NCBI RefSeq assembly: GCF_006345805.1
Contig: NW_021832836.1
Coordinates: forward strand, 1 to 64,000
Direction: 5' to 3'
DNA: 64,000 nucleotides
Origin: Octopus sinensis
Taxonomy: Eukaryota
The translations under genes were made by a program, and so were the position numbers. The notes beneath the pieces were generated by a model. It ran no database searches. It was not told where the DNA came from and saw only the letters and a list, made by a program, of their open reading frames with translations. Of the stretch, positions 62,308-64,000 are shown in pieces (the first letter of the stretch is position 1; each line of letters opens with the position of its first letter).

Positions 62308-62618
62308 GGTTGCAACGATGAGGGTTCCAGTTGTTCCAACCAATAGAACAGCCTGCTCTTGAGATTAATGTGCAAGTGGCTGAGCGCTCCACAGACAAAC
62401 GTACCCTTAATGTAGTTCACAGGGAGATTCAGTAAGACATAGAATGTGACAAGGCCTCCCTCCGCCCCTTTGAATTATAGGTACTACTTATTTCGGTCAG
62501 CTGAGTGGAGTGGTGCAATGGGAAATAAAGTGTCTTGCTCAAGGACACAATGTGCTGCCGGGAATCGAACTCACAACCTTATGATTGAGAGCCGAATACC
62601 CTAAACACTAAGCCACGC
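62308..62618 (-). mobile_element. tRNA-derived SINE (separate family)
   Basis: Minus strand: gcgtggcttagtg (A box)...gagttcgattcccgg (B box) followed by gtgtccttgagcaagacacttta, a typical SINE central-domain start. Confidence 0.85.
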
Positions 62619-62847
62619 ATACACACACGCACACACACAAACATATACAAATACATATATAAATACATACATTATATATACACATACATAAACATGCAAT
62701 AAATGAAACCAAAGACCTAGTCTTCAGCAAGAAGACAAAACTAACAATAAATAATATATAATTCTTGCTGGTAATGGAGTGACTGCAAGCAAGGCATTTG
62801 GGCCTCCACACCACATAGATCAATAGATTGATCTAAGGCATACATAA

Positions 62848-62882
<35 letters not shown>

Positions 62883-62889
62883 AGTGTTG

Positions 62890-63045
62890 ATAGGGTTGCT
62901 GGTCGTTTTTAATCAACTGGACAACTTCACTTGTTAAGATAATAACTAAGTGGCTGAGTACTCCAGAGACGCATACTTTTGATGTTAGCTCAGGCTGAAC
63001 TAGCATGGACAAGGCTGGACCTGATATATTACTGGTACAATCCGT
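62890..63045 (-). mobile_element. Old fragment related to the 62308-62618 SINE
   Basis: Shares aagtggctgag...ctcca...gac and gacaaggc with 62375-62457. Confidence 0.55.
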
Positions 63046-63199
63046 CTGAAACACATGCTAAATAATAGTTTAAAGAGAAGGAACCAGTAAATGTGTGTCT
63101 ATATGCACGTGTACATTTGTGTCTGAGTGTGCATGTACATATTTATGTATACACATGTGTGTGTATGTGTTTGCATATATATAAGTGTGTGTGAGTGTG

Positions 63200-63265
<66 letters not shown>

Positions 63266-64000
63266 ATATAAATATACACACACACATAAAATTGAAGTGT
63301 ACAGTATCACATATTCATTGTGGTTGATCTTACCAATCAGTCTCGTACTAAGGTCTCTAAGGGTTGTTAGATAACAGCCTGTTTATGTAACCATGCGCTC
63401 TTCAGTGAGGGCATTTATGGAAGTATATAAGAAGAGCACTAGGTTACATAATTGGTCTTTCATCTAACACAGCATGGTAAGATTAGTGGTAATGGATATA
63501 TAATATTGTACATGTTTGATTAATATATCCACTCTATTGACAAATACACAAGCGCATATTATTTTTTTGGTTCATTGATTACACACACATGCACACATAT
63601 GACAGCCATGTGCTTGGAACTCAGAATACCAAGGATTTTGAATAAAACTGTTTTGATCTATACACGTAACTCCTAACAAATGTGTTGAGTACCTTCTTTC
63701 ATTTGTCTACTCACTCGTGTGTGTTTGTGTATATATATATATGTGTGTGTGTGTGTGTGAATGAATGAATGTGTTAAGAAGGAAAATCGTACTCAATATC
63801 CATAGTAGAGTTTGTATATTTTATTACAGGCTAAGGCTCCTTGAATCAGGGTGGAATGTAGGTGGGATGGGACCTGAAATGTTAGGGTTTTGAAGTGTCG
63901 GGCTGGAGATCTACATGGAGATCAAGTGCGTGTGTGTGTATGTATGCACGCATGATGTGTGTGTGTGTGTTGAATGACAGAGCAAAGTGTAATTTTTGTT

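Noticed and set aside
62540-62618. tRNA gene
   Set aside because: A and B boxes are present, but I see no convincing cloverleaf, and it continues into a SINE body. The same applies at 46390-46463.

Overview
Non-coding, AT-rich animal genomic DNA. The SINE-like repeats resemble ones I recall from octopus genomes, which is inference, not a search result. Layout: (1) 1-36764 is a tandem satellite with a 141-bp monomer (134-bp and ~43-bp variants), an internal 27-bp inverted repeat and kb-scale higher-order duplications. It is interrupted by a 272-bp, ~70% GC foreign insert at 9489-9760 and by two copies of a fold-back inversion plus templated-insertion cassette at ~18410-19316 and ~19690-20595. 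(2) 36765-43590 is a hairpin-rich 0.7-1.05 kb macro-repeat built from the same motifs in both orientations, probably the progenitor of the satellite. (3) 43.6-49.5 kb holds retroelement debris: SINEs, a fossil RTE-like LINE reverse transcriptase and a 26-bp minisatellite. (4) 49.5-59.6 kb is a ~10-kb interrupted (TA)n array with polarity switches. (5) 59.6-64 kb holds a duplicated 184-bp palindromic MITE-like element, more SINEs and one weak exon candidate. No intact protein-coding gene, rRNA, tRNA or CRISPR array is supported.
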